Below, piece after piece: positions 42,600 through 42,600 of a stretch of DNA of 42,600 nucleotides. The stretch covers positions 1 to 42,600 of the forward strand of contig CAZXZC010000004.1 of the NCBI GenBank assembly GCA_964645125.1, in the 5' to 3' direction. A program made the translations under genes and the position numbers. How positions within the stretch are numbered: position 1 is the first letter of the stretch; every line of letters begins with the position of its first letter. The DNA comes from an uncultured Candidatus Saccharibacteria bacterium (lineage in GTDB: Bacteria; Patescibacteriota; Minisyncoccia; UBA6257; 2-01-FULL-56-20). The notes under the pieces were generated by a model that saw only the letters and a list, made by a program, of their open reading frames with translations, made no database searches and was not told the DNA's origin.

Positions 42600-42600
42600 C

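Noticed and set aside
1-42600. Alternative genetic code as an explanation for the ORF-poor islands.
   Set aside because: Housekeeping genes terminate normally at TAA, TAG and TGA (for example TGA at 4191-4193, 14337-14339 and 33463-33465). Reading any single stop codon as sense does not produce long ORFs in the islands.
1-42600. CRISPR arrays, rRNA genes, transposases, integrases and phage genes.
   Set aside because: None was found. No regularly spaced direct repeats are present, and no ORF carries a DDE, tyrosine/serine recombinase or capsid/terminase motif.

Overview
This 42.6 kb window looks like a compact, low-GC, small-genome bacterium; CPR/Patescibacteria-like is an inference from gene content only. 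I found no rRNA, CRISPR array, transposase or integrase. From 1 to 35174 almost everything is on the + strand and is housekeeping: xseAB, rsmE, nth, a MutY-like glycosylase, tgt-queA, bcp, nfo, prmC, an RRM protein, typA, tsaC, cdaA, VKOR, zwf-pgi, recO, glyQS, mreB, holB, frr and rseP. From 35192 to 42323 the genes are on the minus strand: tdk, an ABC-F ATPase, an ABC exporter and a four-gene hypothetical cluster. A tRNA-Gln lies at the right edge. Three things stand out. (1) Two roughly 1.7 kb ORF-poor islands (8506-10166 and 14340-16099) flank the tgt-queA-bcp-nfo block and are packed with promoter-like and terminator-like signals. (2) A family of Shine-Dalgarno-led, Cys-containing micro-ORFs falls below the 60-aa ORF-track cutoff. 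Members are at 15291-15404, 15441-15584 and 31196-31285, plus both strands of 37581-37979, with decayed relics in the islands. They share a [QE]C[PA]GE / GV(E)PYR(S)V motif whose DNA differences sit at third codon positions. (3) At least four families of intergenic palindromic repeats occur. One has a conserved ~32-nt core (GAGCGCTCC..GGCCGCTAGGCC..GTCTTACGC) held in the loop of long stems that differ at every locus. Another is built from GCCAATAG / CTATTGGC words, with 16 exact copies against about 1.3 expected. All coordinates were indexed by hand. All functional calls rest on recognisable motifs in the translations, not on database searches.
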